A DNA stretch of 64,000 nucleotides, taken from assembly GCA_002418285.1 (NCBI GenBank), contig DIDT01000018.1:90309-154308 (forward strand). Reading direction: 5' to 3'. Under the pieces are notes generated by a model, which worked only from the letters and a program-made list of their open reading frames with translations, was not told the origin of the DNA and did no database searches. The stretch is from Phycisphaerales bacterium UBA5793 (GTDB lineage Bacteria > Planctomycetota > Phycisphaerae > Phycisphaerales > UBA5793). Both the position numbers and the translations under genes were made by a program. Positions 34,664-44,490 of this stretch are shown piece after piece; the first letter of the stretch is position 1, and each line of letters begins with the position of its first letter.

Positions 34664-36193
34664 TCAGATCGGGATGTCGTCGGACAGGTCCGCCGGGGCG
34701 GCCGGCTGCGCAGAACGCCCTCCCGCGGCACCTGCCGATGCGTAGGGCGAAGCACTCCCCCGGGGGCCGCGCGGGGCCTCGACTGGCGGCATCATGGGTG
34801 AGAAGTCCTTGAACTTCATGCTCGTGCCCACCCAGGTCAGTTCGACCGTGCCGGTCGGGCCGTTGCGCTGCTTGGCGACGATGAGTTCGGCAATATTGGA
34901 CGGTTCAAAATCCGGCTTGCTCTGGTTGTAGTAATCCTCGCGGTGCAGCATCATCACCACGTCCGCGTCCTGTTCGATCGAGCCTGATTCGCGCAGATCC
35001 GCCATCCGCGGGCGGTGATCTTCCCGATTCTCCGCGGCTCGGTTCAACTGGCTCAGGCAGATGACCGGAATGTTCAGTTCGCGCGCCAGCGACTTGACGC
35101 CACGGCTGATCTCCGCGACTTCCTGCTGGCGCGACTCGCGCGTCATACCCATCATCAACTGCAGATAGTCCACGATAATCAGCTTCACCTGGTGCTTGGC
35201 CACCATGCGACGAGCCTTGGCTCGCAATCCGAGCACGCTCAATCCCGGCGTGTCATCAATAAAGAGCGGAGCTTCGCTGAGACGGCCCATTGCGAACGCC
35301 AGTCGATCCCGTTCGGGCTTGGTAATCATGTTGCGCCGAAGTCTGCCTGAATCTACTTCCGCGTGGGATGCCAGCAGTCGCTCTCCCAACTGCTGCTTTC
35401 CCATCTCCAGGCTGAATACGCCGACCGGCGTGCTCATCATTGCAATATTCTCAGCGATGTTTAGTGCGAGCGCCGTCTTACCCATTGATGGACGTGCGGC
35501 GATGATGATCATTTCACCAGCTTGCAAACCAGAGAGCTTCTCGTCTAGTCCACGAAAATGCGTTTCGAGCCCGGTGATTCGGCCTTCCTCGCGAGCATGA
35601 ATTGACTCCATCACTTCGTGAATTATCTCGTTTAGTGACCGTGTACCTTCATGGTCAAACTGGAGCACGACGTCAAAGATCGCACGCTGGGCGGCGTCCA
35701 GAACATCGCGCACCTCGCCACCGTCGGTGTACGCCGCTTGCAGGATCTCGCCCGCGGCGCCGATGAGCCTCCGCACGAGAGCCTTCTCCGCCACCACCTT
35801 GGCGTAGTACGGCGCATTGATCGCCGCGGGAACACTCTCGGCAAGTTGAACGAGGTAATCGACACCGCCGACATCCGCCAGAACGCCTTTCTCCTCCAAC
35901 CGCTGGTGGAGCAGGGCGATGTCGCCGGCAGCATGCCGATCGTACAACTCGACGAGGGAGGCAAACACCGCGCCATGAGCCGGCCGGTAGAAGTCCTCAG
36001 GGGACTTGACGATCAGAATAACATCACCGATCACCTTGGGGTCGAGGATCATCGAACCCAGCAATGCCATCTCGGTTTCAACCGAGTGCGGCGGCAGGCG
36101 GTCAAAGAGGGCGCCGAGTTCCACCGAGTGACGCTCGCCGCGCCGACCGGAACGGCCGGGCGCACCTGAAGAATTGGCGGGAATCTGGGTCAT
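34664..36193 (-). CDS. dnaB: Replicative DNA helicase
   Basis: It has 'PPHSVETEMALLGSMILDP', Walker A 'AARPSMGKTALALNIA', 'IIVDYLQLM' and 'QLNRAAE'. Start set at ATG 36193. It carries an extra roughly 45-aa Ala/Pro/Gly-rich C-terminal tail. Confidence 0.95.
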   Translation of the reverse strand: MTQIPANSSGAPGRSGRRGERHSVELGALFDRLPPHSVETEMALLGSMILDPKVIGDVILIVKSPEDFYRPAHGAVFASLVELYDRHAAGDIALLHQRLEEKGVLADVGGVDYLVQLAESVPAAINAPYYAKVVAEKALVRRLIGAAGEILQAAYTDGGEVRDVLDAAQRAIFDVVLQFDHEGTRSLNEIIHEVMESIHAREEGRITGLETHFRGLDEKLSGLQAGEMIIIAARPSMGKTALALNIAENIAMMSTPVGVFSLEMGKQQLGERLLASHAEVDSGRLRRNMITKPERDRLAFAMGRLSEAPLFIDDTPGLSVLGLRAKARRMVAKHQVKLIIVDYLQLMMGMTRESRQQEVAEISRGVKSLARELNIPVICLSQLNRAAENREDHRPRMADLRESGSIEQDADVVMMLHREDYYNQSKPDFEPSNIAELIVAKQRNGPTGTVELTWVGTSMKFKDFSPMMPPVEAPRGPRGSASPYASAGAAGGRSAQPAAPADLSDDIPI

Positions 36194-36352
36194 GCGATCC
36201 TGGGGCGGTCGAAGTGCTGCGGGGTGACGGTTCGGCTCACGACCACACAGGGTATCACTTCCGCTCGTCACCGTCCGAGGATCGCCAGGTAGCCTGCCGG
36301 GGATCCACCATCAACGCACATCTGCCGCGCAGAATGGTTTGCAGACATGCGG

Positions 36353-38155
36353 CTATGCCGCGGTGCGCTCATCAGAGTCCAGGGCTCGCTCGACAACACG
36401 TACGGTGCTCAGGTTGCCGATCCCCATCGAGTCTTCGTGACACCGTTCATGGCGGGCGATCTCGAGCAGATCGCCGGTGGATCGAACTCCCGCCGAGAGG
36501 TCGGGGACTATGAACGCCCGGATCGTGCACAGCGGCAGCGGATGAGAGGAGCTGTCCGGGCCGCCGCCGAACTTGCCGCTCTTGAGCTCCTCGGCGCTGA
36601 AAAACTGTCCACGAGATCGATCAAACTCCGCCGCCAGGACCTGGAGGCGGACTTTCAGATCCGAACGCGGCGAGAGAATGAAAAAGTGATCGTCGGCAAC
36701 GTGTGCCAGGAACTCATCGGACTCTCGTTCGCCGAACTCGATCATCATGAGCGCCGCGAGTTGCCGCAGCATACTGTCGCCCATCTCGAATCCGTATGCG
36801 CGGTTGTAGCGATTGAATGTTCGAATGTCGATGATCGCCGCAGCGGTGTTCGTTCGCCGGTCAAGTCGCTTCTGGATCTGGCAGTCAAGTTGCACACGAT
36901 TGGGAAGACCAGTGAGTGACGAGGTATGCGGCGAACCCTCGGGCCGCATCTTCCCCGCCGCCATGATCAGCGATCGCATCGACAGCAGGCCGACCACATC
37001 GTCGGTGGCGACGAGAATGGGCTCCATGATCTCATTATCCGGTCGAAGCACTGCCCAGTTGATCGTCTCGGCAATGGTCATGTCCGGGCTGGCCACGATG
37101 ACTCCCGGATGGCAGAGCCGCGAAAGCTGCAGATCTGGTCGGGTCTTGCAGATGTCGCGCAATTCAGCCATCGAGACGGCGCCGAGAACGCGCGTGCCTT
37201 CCACCACCGCCACCGAATTCTCGCCACTCGAATGGCTGACGGAGTGTAATGCGTCGGAGACGCTCGTTGTCGCGGGGCAGGAGACGAGAGGCTGCGCCAA
37301 TTCGCCGATCGGCGCCATGCGCGGATCTTCGAACCGCCGCTCTTCCATTCGGTGCCGCATGTGCGGTATGACTTCGTTCCAGAGTGGATCGATGATCTGG
37401 CGGACATCCGCAGGGCGGGCCATCAGGAATCCCTGCCCATAGGCGACGCCCAGATCGATCGCCGTGCGAAGCTCCTCTTCGCGCTCGATGCCTTCCGCCA
37501 GGAGCATCATGCTGCTGAGCCGGGCAAAGTGGACGAAGAACTGGATCAGGTTGCGGCGGAACGGATCGGAGTCGAGATTCGAAACCAGCTCACGATCGAG
37601 TTTGAGCCAGTTCGGCCGAAGCCGCATGATTCGATTGAGCCCGCTCGTGCCCGCGCCGACATCGTCGATGGCAAACTGAAACCCCTGCTGGCGAAACAGC
37701 TCCGCCTGGGCCGCGAGAACTTCAACGCTGGCGGTTTCGTTTCGTTCGGTGAGTTCGAGGGTAATGTGGCTGGGTTCGAAACGACTGCCATTGCGGCAAA
37801 GCGCCGTGACTTCATCCACGATGCGCGGGTCGGAGAAAACCTGCGGAGAGAGATTGGTGAACAGGAATTCGCCCGGAGGCAGATTCTCCGCCGCCGCAAA
37901 CGTCGCTTCACGGCAGGCCCGCTCCAACTCCCAGAGCATGTCGGCCCGGGCCGCCGCTTCAAAGAGCGTGCTGGCGTCCGGGAACGGTCCATCCGCTGGA
38001 GGACGGATCAAGCCCTCCCGCGCCGTCACCAGGCCCGTGCGGAACTCGAGGATTGGTTGGAAGACGACACGCAGGTGACGGCGGCGAATCAACTCCCTGA
38101 TTTCGCTTCGAATCACCGCGGTGTCGGCATCGAGAATCGTCCTGGATTCACCCAT
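36353..38155 (-). CDS. c-di-GMP phosphodiesterase: EAL domain, CBS pair and degenerate GGDEF domain
   Basis: EAL-domain residues are 'REGLIRP' (EGL variant), 'ELTER', 'FAIDDVGAG', 'LKLDR', 'AEGIE' and 'GQGF'. The central CBS-like pair has 'VSCPATTSVSDAL...'. The C-terminal GGDEF fold has 'LTGLPNR' but 'ADDHF' at the GGDEF position. Start ATG 38155. Confidence 0.85.
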   Translation of the reverse strand: MGESRTILDADTAVIRSEIRELIRRRHLRVVFQPILEFRTGLVTAREGLIRPPADGPFPDASTLFEAAARADMLWELERACREATFAAAENLPPGEFLFTNLSPQVFSDPRIVDEVTALCRNGSRFEPSHITLELTERNETASVEVLAAQAELFRQQGFQFAIDDVGAGTSGLNRIMRLRPNWLKLDRELVSNLDSDPFRRNLIQFFVHFARLSSMMLLAEGIEREEELRTAIDLGVAYGQGFLMARPADVRQIIDPLWNEVIPHMRHRMEERRFEDPRMAPIGELAQPLVSCPATTSVSDALHSVSHSSGENSVAVVEGTRVLGAVSMAELRDICKTRPDLQLSRLCHPGVIVASPDMTIAETINWAVLRPDNEIMEPILVATDDVVGLLSMRSLIMAAGKMRPEGSPHTSSLTGLPNRVQLDCQIQKRLDRRTNTAAAIIDIRTFNRYNRAYGFEMGDSMLRQLAALMMIEFGERESDEFLAHVADDHFFILSPRSDLKVRLQVLAAEFDRSRGQFFSAEELKSGKFGGGPDSSSHPLPLCTIRAFIVPDLSAGVRSTGDLLEIARHERCHEDSMGIGNLSTVRVVERALDSDERTAA

Positions 38156-38332
38156 CGCTTTGCACCCTTTGCGCGGCGCAGCCCACCGGAAAAACCTGGC
38201 CGCACCACCACCATCGGCCACAATTGGCCATCACTTGTTTGTTTACCATCTATATAGGCTCAACCCCGCGGACGACCAGATAATAACTGGCGCTGCCGAG
38301 GCTGCGGGCAGGAAATCAACCACTCAGGCCGA

Positions 38333-38740
38333 TCAGTCGAAACGAAAAACGCCCTTGCGCCAAGCGTACACGTACGCCGCCGCCGACATGAGCAGGAAGA
38401 AGAGGATGCGGCCGAGGAACACCGCACTCAACTCGCTCCCTGGAGCGACCTGCCGAAATGTCGTCGCCCAGGGATAGAGAAAGATGATCTCCACGTCAAA
38501 GACGAGGAAGGTCATGGCCAGCAGGTAGTATCGGACATTGAACCGCTTGCGAGCCGTGTCGATGGGATTCATCCCCGACTCATACGCGCCGCCTTTGACG
38601 TCGCCTTTCCGGGCCGGACCCAGGAAGTGCGTCACGATCAGCACCACGACGGCAAACGAGACCGCCAGAACCAAGAGCAGAATAATCGGCCAGTAGTCTG
38701 CGGCAATAAGCGAAGTTGTCGGCGCTGCGTTGTGTAGCAT
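38333..38740 (-). CDS. nuoA: NADH-quinone oxidoreductase subunit A
   Basis: It has 'YESGMNPIDTARKRFNVRYYLLAMTFLVFDVEIIFLYPWA', 3 TM helices and about 135 aa. Confidence 0.85.
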   Translation of the reverse strand: MLHNAAPTTSLIAADYWPIILLLVLAVSFAVVVLIVTHFLGPARKGDVKGGAYESGMNPIDTARKRFNVRYYLLAMTFLVFDVEIIFLYPWATTFRQVAPGSELSAVFLGRILFFLLMSAAAYVYAWRKGVFRFD

Positions 38741-38809
38741 GGCGAATCAGACTCGACGGTAAGCTTAGCCCATTCAAACCACGGATCGTTCGGGGGTCAG
38801 TTCCTCGAT

Positions 38810-39310
38810 TCAGCCAGTGGGCAGCTTCACGTCTGGAGGATTGCTCGGCAGCCCCGTGTCCTTATGGATGCCGCGCAAAACGCCGGCAATCATCACGATC
38901 GTCAGCCCGAGCAGGCCCGCGATCATCGCCATTTTGCCCGGCTTGGATCGCATCGGCTCAAACGTCGCGCTTCGACCGGACATCACCGAGATGATGAAGA
39001 ACACACCCAGCGACAGCAGCACCTTGATCCCGAAAAGTGCATGGTATAACGGCCCTGTGTCTTTCACCTCCGGCAGCCGATAGGCCATGAAGTTCCAGAG
39101 GCCGCTCACCAGCAGCAGCAGGATGCACAGACCCGAGAGCATCGCCCAGCGCTTGCGCACCTTGCCCAGCCAGGCCGGCAGACCGCCTTCCCGCGGCGTC
39201 GTCGTGGGAATTGCAATCAGCCCAAGAAACAGCGTGCCGCCCAGCAGGATGATCGCCGGAATGATGTGCATCCAGCGGAAAAGGACCGCCACCCAGTCAA
39301 TGCTCTGCAT
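38810..39310 (-). CDS. Integral membrane protein, function unknown
   Basis: Start set at ATG 39310 (MQSIDWVAVLFRWMHIIPAIILLGG). It has 4-5 hydrophobic helices and lies directly upstream of nuoA on the same strand. Confidence 0.6.
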   Translation of the reverse strand: MQSIDWVAVLFRWMHIIPAIILLGGTLFLGLIAIPTTTPREGGLPAWLGKVRKRWAMLSGLCILLLLVSGLWNFMAYRLPEVKDTGPLYHALFGIKVLLSLGVFFIISVMSGRSATFEPMRSKPGKMAMIAGLLGLTIVMIAGVLRGIHKDTGLPSNPPDVKLPTG

Positions 39311-39400
39311 GTTGAGATTCCTTGTCTTTGAGATCGCCTGTTCGCAGTCGCCAGATACTAGTCCCTCCGCTCCGCCGCGAGGCTCAGGCTTGTCCCTCAC

Positions 39401-39883
39401 TCATCGCAGTGCCGAATCAAGCGTTTTAACCAGAATCAGGCATGGGTTGCCCGGCCACAGGTCATTCATCTCTTCGAGTGGAAGGAAACCCATCGATTCA
39501 TAGAACCGGCGCGTATGCTCGTAGTTCGCATCCGGCCGCGATGGACCGAGCGTCTTGACCTGCAGCAGGTGTGCGCCAATCGATCTGCAATGCGCCTCGA
39601 CGAACCGCACCATCGCCCGGCCCACCCCGGTCCGATGGTGCTCCGGCCGCACCGCCATGCAGTGAATCTCCGCCGCGCAGGGGTTGTGAATGCGAACGGT
39701 GATGAACCCGACGGGGACATCATCCAACTCCGCAACCCACGTCGGCAGCGTCCGCGTGTCGCGCACGTAGTCGAGCAGGGCACTCTCGATTCCGAACCAG
39801 TCCGGCAGCGCTCGCAGCGTGGCTTCGCACCACGCGCTCTCGTCTGCGCGGATTGGTCGAATCTCGATCGTCAGAACCACCAC
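39401..39883 (-). CDS. GNAT-family N-acetyltransferase
   Basis: It has the acetyl-CoA motif A 'VRPEHHRTGVGRAMVRFVEAHCRSIG'. The GTG start overlaps the upstream gene's stop. Confidence 0.8.
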   Translation of the reverse strand: MVVLTIEIRPIRADESAWCEATLRALPDWFGIESALLDYVRDTRTLPTWVAELDDVPVGFITVRIHNPCAAEIHCMAVRPEHHRTGVGRAMVRFVEAHCRSIGAHLLQVKTLGPSRPDANYEHTRRFYESMGFLPLEEMNDLWPGNPCLILVKTLDSALR

Positions 39884-40854
39884 GCCTTGCCCACGGGCTC
39901 TGTCAGGATCACACCCGACAGGTATTCCACGGCCTTTTCGAACCCTTCGTTGATCGACATGTACGAGTCTTCGTGCTCGATACTCAGCACGCCGTCGTAG
40001 CCGTAGCGCCGCAGCATGGAAACGAACGGCTTCCAGAACTCGTCACCGTGCCCGTAGCCGCAGGTGCGGAACACCCATGATCGTTTGTTCAACTCACCGT
40101 ATGACCGGGTGTCAAGTGTGCCGTTGATGCGCGTCTCGTGTGGATCGATCGCCGTGTCCTTGGCGTGGCAGTAGAACAGCAGCCCAGCTTCGCCCAGCAC
40201 GCGCGCCGCTTCGACCGGATCGATGCCCTGCCAGAAGAAGTGGGAGGGGTCGAGGTTGGCGCCAAGATTGGCTTTGCCCTTTTTGCCGCAGCATGCTGCG
40301 CTCAGGCGAATAAGCGTGTCGGGGTTGTAGACGGTGAATCCCGGGTGCGCTTCCCACGCCACCTTGACGCCGTGCTTACTGCAAAGTTTGCTCTGCTCCG
40401 TCCAGTAGGGGATGAGCACATCGTTCCACTGGTATTTGAGTGCTTCGCCATACTCAGGCGGCCACGCGCACGTGACCCAGTTGGGCATCGTGTCCCGCGC
40501 GCTTCCGCCGGGGCAACCTGAGAATGTGATGATGGTGTCGGTGCCGAGCTTTTTGGCCAGCTCGCACGCCGTGACGAATTCAGCGTGATCCTTCTTCGCA
40601 GCCGCCTTCACAGGTGAAACGGAATTGCCATGCACCGCCAGGCCCGAGACTTCGAGTTGACGCTCCTTGAGTTTGCCCTTGATCTCATCCTGCAGCTTCT
40701 TGCTGGCGTTCACCTTGGAGGGATCAAAGAACGGCTTGCCGGGGTAGCCGCCTACCGGCAGTTCGATCGCATCCAGACCAACTTCGGCGCAGTAGTCCAG
40801 CGCCTGGTCAAGAGTCATGCCAGTAAAGAGAGCCGCCATCACACCCAATTGCAT
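39871..40854 (-). CDS. Sugar phosphate isomerase/epimerase (xylose-isomerase-like TIM barrel)
   Basis: It has 'LDYCAEVGLDAIELP', 'AWEAHPGF', 'NLDPSHFFWQGIDP' and 'VLSIEHED'. Confidence 0.85.
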   Translation of the reverse strand: MQLGVMAALFTGMTLDQALDYCAEVGLDAIELPVGGYPGKPFFDPSKVNASKKLQDEIKGKLKERQLEVSGLAVHGNSVSPVKAAAKKDHAEFVTACELAKKLGTDTIITFSGCPGGSARDTMPNWVTCAWPPEYGEALKYQWNDVLIPYWTEQSKLCSKHGVKVAWEAHPGFTVYNPDTLIRLSAACCGKKGKANLGANLDPSHFFWQGIDPVEAARVLGEAGLLFYCHAKDTAIDPHETRINGTLDTRSYGELNKRSWVFRTCGYGHGDEFWKPFVSMLRRYGYDGVLSIEHEDSYMSINEGFEKAVEYLSGVILTEPVGKAWWF

Positions 40855-41105
40855 GTCGTGATCCTTTCCTTGCCGCCTCGCCGCCCGGAATTCGGTCGGC
40901 CGCCAGCGAGCGAATTATCGAACCGCCGCGGCCTCCGGACCATGCGCACACCCCTTCGAGATGTCCACTTTGGTGAACGTCTGCGTATTTCCTGCTCCAG
41001 TTTGCGAGATATTGCGCCGAAATAGGGGGGGACGCGAATCACCTCGTTTCGAGCTGAGAATGCAAATCGTCACCCTGGAGCGTGGGCCGCAGGTCGGAGC
41101 AGCAC

Positions 41106-41474
41106 ATGAGAATTCTCATCGTGGACGATTCGCAGACGATGCGCCTGCTCCAAAGGGCCGCACTTGAGCAGCTCGGCCACGAATGCGCGGGGGAAGCTGT
41201 GAACGGGGCGGAGGCCCTGGAGAAAGCCGCGATCTGCTCGCCCGAACTCATCCTTCTCGACTTGCGCATGCCCGTGATGGACGGCCTGACCTTTGTCAGG
41301 AACTATCGCCAGCGCGATCGACACACACCGATCATCGTTGTGACGAGCGAGAGCGACAAGCCGCGCGTTATTGAAGCCTTTCGACTCGGCGTGACGGATT
41401 TTCTCGTCAAGCCCTTTACGCCCGACACGCTCGCCCGCCGCATCGAAGACACGACGCGCCGCGCCGCCGGATGA
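41106..41474 (+). CDS. Single-domain response regulator (CheY-like receiver)
   Basis: MRILIVDDSQTMR..., phospho-acceptor 'LILLDLRMPVMDG', 'IIVVTSE' and 'DFLVKPF'. It has no output domain. Confidence 0.9.
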   Translation: MRILIVDDSQTMRLLQRAALEQLGHECAGEAVNGAEALEKAAICSPELILLDLRMPVMDGLTFVRNYRQRDRHTPIIVVTSESDKPRVIEAFRLGVTDFLVKPFTPDTLARRIEDTTRRAAG

Positions 41475-41502
41475 AGTCGAGCGCCTGCGGGTGCTGAAAG
41501 CG

Positions 41503-41985
41503 TCAGGAAAGCGCGCCCTCGATGAGGAAGAGGACGATGACCGGCGCGCACAGCGAAATCACGATCATGATTGCGATCCAGTAGTCATGTGTGGCCGGTG
41601 GAGCGCCACTCATCAGTACCCCCGATCGCTTCAACAACCACATCTGCAACGGGATGTTCGCGTAGCAACTCAGGAAACTGAACACGCCCATGAGAAACAA
41701 CACGCCGCCCAACTCCGGAACCAGGCGGGACATGCCCACGGCAAGCACAACTGCGTAGGTCGCAACTGGCCACCCAAACCGCGCGCCGATTTCCAAGGCG
41801 CTTGGTAATGGTCGCCACTGAATGGTCTTCTCGTAGTAGGCCTGACCACACTCGGGGCAGGTGCCGATCGTCGCGTGCCCGTCGAGGTGGTAGCCGCACT
41901 GGGCGCAGTACCGATGCGCGGAGGATGAGTGCGAGTGACTGCTCCGGTCGCTCGGGTCAGAACGGGTTGATTCGATGGACTTCAT
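41503..41985 (-). CDS. Zinc-ribbon membrane protein, hypothetical
   Basis: 'YCAQCGYHLDGHATIGTCPECGQAY' (CxxC...CxxC) followed by 3 hydrophobic helices. Confidence 0.5.
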   Translation of the reverse strand: MKSIESTRSDPSDRSSHSHSSSAHRYCAQCGYHLDGHATIGTCPECGQAYYEKTIQWRPLPSALEIGARFGWPVATYAVVLAVGMSRLVPELGGVLFLMGVFSFLSCYANIPLQMWLLKRSGVLMSGAPPATHDYWIAIMIVISLCAPVIVLFLIEGALS

Positions 41986-41991
41986 GGAGAA

Positions 41992-42324
41992 TCAGAGCAG
42001 GATGGTCAACCACGCGGCCGTGATCGCAAACGGTGCTGCGCGGGAGAATACGGACATTCCCGCAATCCGGCAGTAAGTGTGAAGCGTCTCCTCTCCGCTG
42101 AGATGCACGCGGGCTTGGTGCAACGGGTACATCATCGGCGCTGACACGTTTCCAAACGAAGTCAGAAGCGCAATCAGAACGATGACGCCCAATGCCTCCG
42201 GGCGCGGCGTCAACGCACCCGGGCTGTGGGGCGGCCAGCCAGCTGAACGATGGTTCGGTGCGCTCTCTGCTCCCGGCGCAGCCGGTTTGGCGATGCGAAT
42301 CTCGGCGGAGTCGCGAGGGTCCAC
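41992..42324 (-). CDS. Small hypothetical membrane protein (start uncertain)
   Basis: Its stop lies 6 nt before the next gene's start on the same strand. It has two hydrophobic segments. The N-terminal third is Pro/Ala/Arg-rich and may be non-coding. Confidence 0.3.
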   Translation of the reverse strand: MDPRDSAEIRIAKPAAPGAESAPNHRSAGWPPHSPGALTPRPEALGVIVLIALLTSFGNVSAPMMYPLHQARVHLSGEETLHTYCRIAGMSVFSRAAPFAITAAWLTILL

Positions 42325-42504
42325 GGAAGATCATAACGCGCCGCCGCCCCTTGCTCCGGTCGGGCTTCGATATGCAGTACCGCTCCTTCCGGACCGATTC
42401 GAGCAATTTTCTGCAAGGTCCGGCCACGCCATGCGACCATGATTGACAGAGCCGCTTGCGACCCCAACGGTCCGCGCTACCCGTTGAATTGAGAGGAAAC
42501 CAAA

Positions 42505-44490
42505 ATGCAACCGAACCGGAGTTGCTTCATGCGTTTGACGGTCGGCATCGCCGTCCTTTGGACTTTCACCCTGACTCTGGCCGGACCGGTCACGCAGACG
42601 GACTGGTCCGCTGGTGGACAGGTTGACGGTCCGGTGCTGCACTGGAACGGCAGTTTTGCGGATCAGTCTGGTGTAGCGTGGCGGTCAGTCGAGGGGCAGA
42701 TCGCCCTCGCCGGGTCGCAGCGCGGCCAGGCAGTGCGAGTTGTGGTCGATGAAAACGCCGACCTGCCGCGCGGCGCAGCCGCCGGCGACTTCGACGGCGA
42801 TGGCCGCACCGACATCGTCATTGGCGATCCCGTCACCGATCCATTCAATCCGATCGGCGCCATCTACTGGTGGCACGCCGAAGCGAATGGGAGCTGGACC
42901 AGGGGATACGTCTCGCAAACGTACTACGGCATCAACTTCCTCACGACCGCCGACGTCGACGGCGACGGGGACACCGATATCGTCGCCGCCGCCTACTACG
43001 GCGCCATCGATCCTCCACCCCCGCCACCCGAGTATCGCAACGGTCGATACACGTGGTTCGAAAACGTCAACGGCGAGGGGTCTGCATGGGATGAGCACAC
43101 GGTCGGAGAGTTGTATTGGGGTGCGGAATACATCGACGTGGGTGACTTCGACGGCGATGGTGACTTGGATTTCGTCGGGGCGTCCTACCTCACGCGCGGC
43201 GTCTATGAGCAGTCGAATGACATTACCTGGTTTGAGAATCTCGATGGCCAGGGCGACGCATGGGAAGCGCACGGAGTCAGTGCCGTCTACAACAACGGAT
43301 ATGAAGCGCACTTTGTCGACCTCGACGGCGACGATGATCTCGACATCCTCGCCACCCATGCCGATCGAATCTCCTGGTGGGAAAACCGCACGGGAACCGG
43401 CGACGACCTCGTGGAACACGTCATCACGGCTTCGCTGATGAACGTCGGCTATGTCAATGCAGGAGATATCGACAACGACGGCGACCTCGACATCGTTGGC
43501 TCAACCTACAGCACTTCCTCTCTCTTCTGGTGGGAGAATTCCAATGGTCTCGGCACGGCGTGGCTCCAACATGTCATCGGTGCCCATCCCAAGGGCGAAC
43601 AGGTCGAACTCGTCGATATCGAGGGCGATGGTGATCTCGATATCGTGGGTGACCGTCGACCCAGCGGAACGTATGGCGCGTTGACGATCTATACCAATGT
43701 CGATGGAAACGGCTTCACGTGGAGCGGCCGGACGGTGTCGATCGAGTCGAACACCGACTACTCGATCGCGATCGCCGATGCCGACAGCGATGGAAAAGTC
43801 GATGTCCTCGTCGCGAGTGAGGATTACTATCGCGCTCTGGGCAAGCAGGTGTCGTTTTTCAACCTCTCGACCTTTGGCTCAAGCGGCAGCCTCACCAGTT
43901 CGATTCTCGACGGCGGAACGATGCCTGGCTGGGGCGTCATGGCCTGGGATGCCGATACCCACAACGGCACATCACTTGCGGTGGCGATCCGCGCATCTGA
44001 TGACGCGAACGACCTCGGTTCGTTCGTTCAGGTGCCGACCTCCGGCACCGACCTTGCCACGCTGGTAAACAGCAACGCCCGCTACGTGCAGTATCGTCTG
44101 ACGCTCTCCGGCGGATCGGAGGTCTCGCCCGTCATTCGCGAGCTGGGCATCGCTCGAGTGGGCGGGGGCAATGGGTTGATTCTTGCCGGACCCCCGCAGG
44201 CAACGGCCGGAAGGTCGCTTGAGCTGGGCGTCCAGTCGGATCAGATCGGAGCTCGCGTGGTCTTTGCCGGAGCAGTTTCGACCGGGCGCACACCCATTCC
44301 GCCATGCCCCGGGGTGACGGCCGGCTTGGCCTCGCCGATGCGATTGGGTGCTTCGTTCATCAACGCAAGTGGTGAAGCGAGACGATCCGTTCGGATTCCC
44401 CTCGCGGCGAAAGGTCGCATGCTGTATTTCCAGGCGCTCGACGCCTCCGATTGCGTGGTCAGCAACGTGGTCGCTATCCCGGTCGACTGA
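42505..44490 (+). CDS. Secreted FG-GAP/VCBS-repeat (integrin-alpha-like propeller) protein with relaxed C-terminal module
   Basis: Signal peptide present. It has repeated Ca-binding loops (DFDGDGRTDIV, DVDGDGDTDIV, DFDGDGDLDFV, DLDGDDDLDIL, DIDNDGDLDIV, DIEGDGDLDIV, DADSDGKVDVL) and 'W(F/W)EN' strands. The C-terminal module is at nt 44176-44487. Confidence 0.85.
   Translation: MQPNRSCFMRLTVGIAVLWTFTLTLAGPVTQTDWSAGGQVDGPVLHWNGSFADQSGVAWRSVEGQIALAGSQRGQAVRVVVDENADLPRGAAAGDFDGDGRTDIVIGDPVTDPFNPIGAIYWWHAEANGSWTRGYVSQTYYGINFLTTADVDGDGDTDIVAAAYYGAIDPPPPPPEYRNGRYTWFENVNGEGSAWDEHTVGELYWGAEYIDVGDFDGDGDLDFVGASYLTRGVYEQSNDITWFENLDGQGDAWEAHGVSAVYNNGYEAHFVDLDGDDDLDILATHADRISWWENRTGTGDDLVEHVITASLMNVGYVNAGDIDNDGDLDIVGSTYSTSSLFWWENSNGLGTAWLQHVIGAHPKGEQVELVDIEGDGDLDIVGDRRPSGTYGALTIYTNVDGNGFTWSGRTVSIESNTDYSIAIADADSDGKVDVLVASEDYYRALGKQVSFFNLSTFGSSGSLTSSILDGGTMPGWGVMAWDADTHNGTSLAVAIRASDDANDLGSFVQVPTSGTDLATLVNSNARYVQYRLTLSGGSEVSPVIRELGIARVGGGNGLILAGPPQATAGRSLELGVQSDQIGARVVFAGAVSTGRTPIPPCPGVTAGLASPMRLGASFINASGEARRSVRIPLAAKGRMLYFQALDASDCVVSNVVAIPVD

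Noticed and set aside
33884-34801. 305-aa + strand ORF from inside paralog 4 through the intergenic region into dnaB
   Set aside because: It is out of frame with paralog 4, runs through a strong terminator hairpin, and is Arg/Ser/Ala-rich.
37352-38257. 301-aa + strand ORF
   Set aside because: It is antisense to the EAL domain, whose full set of catalytic motifs is on the - strand.
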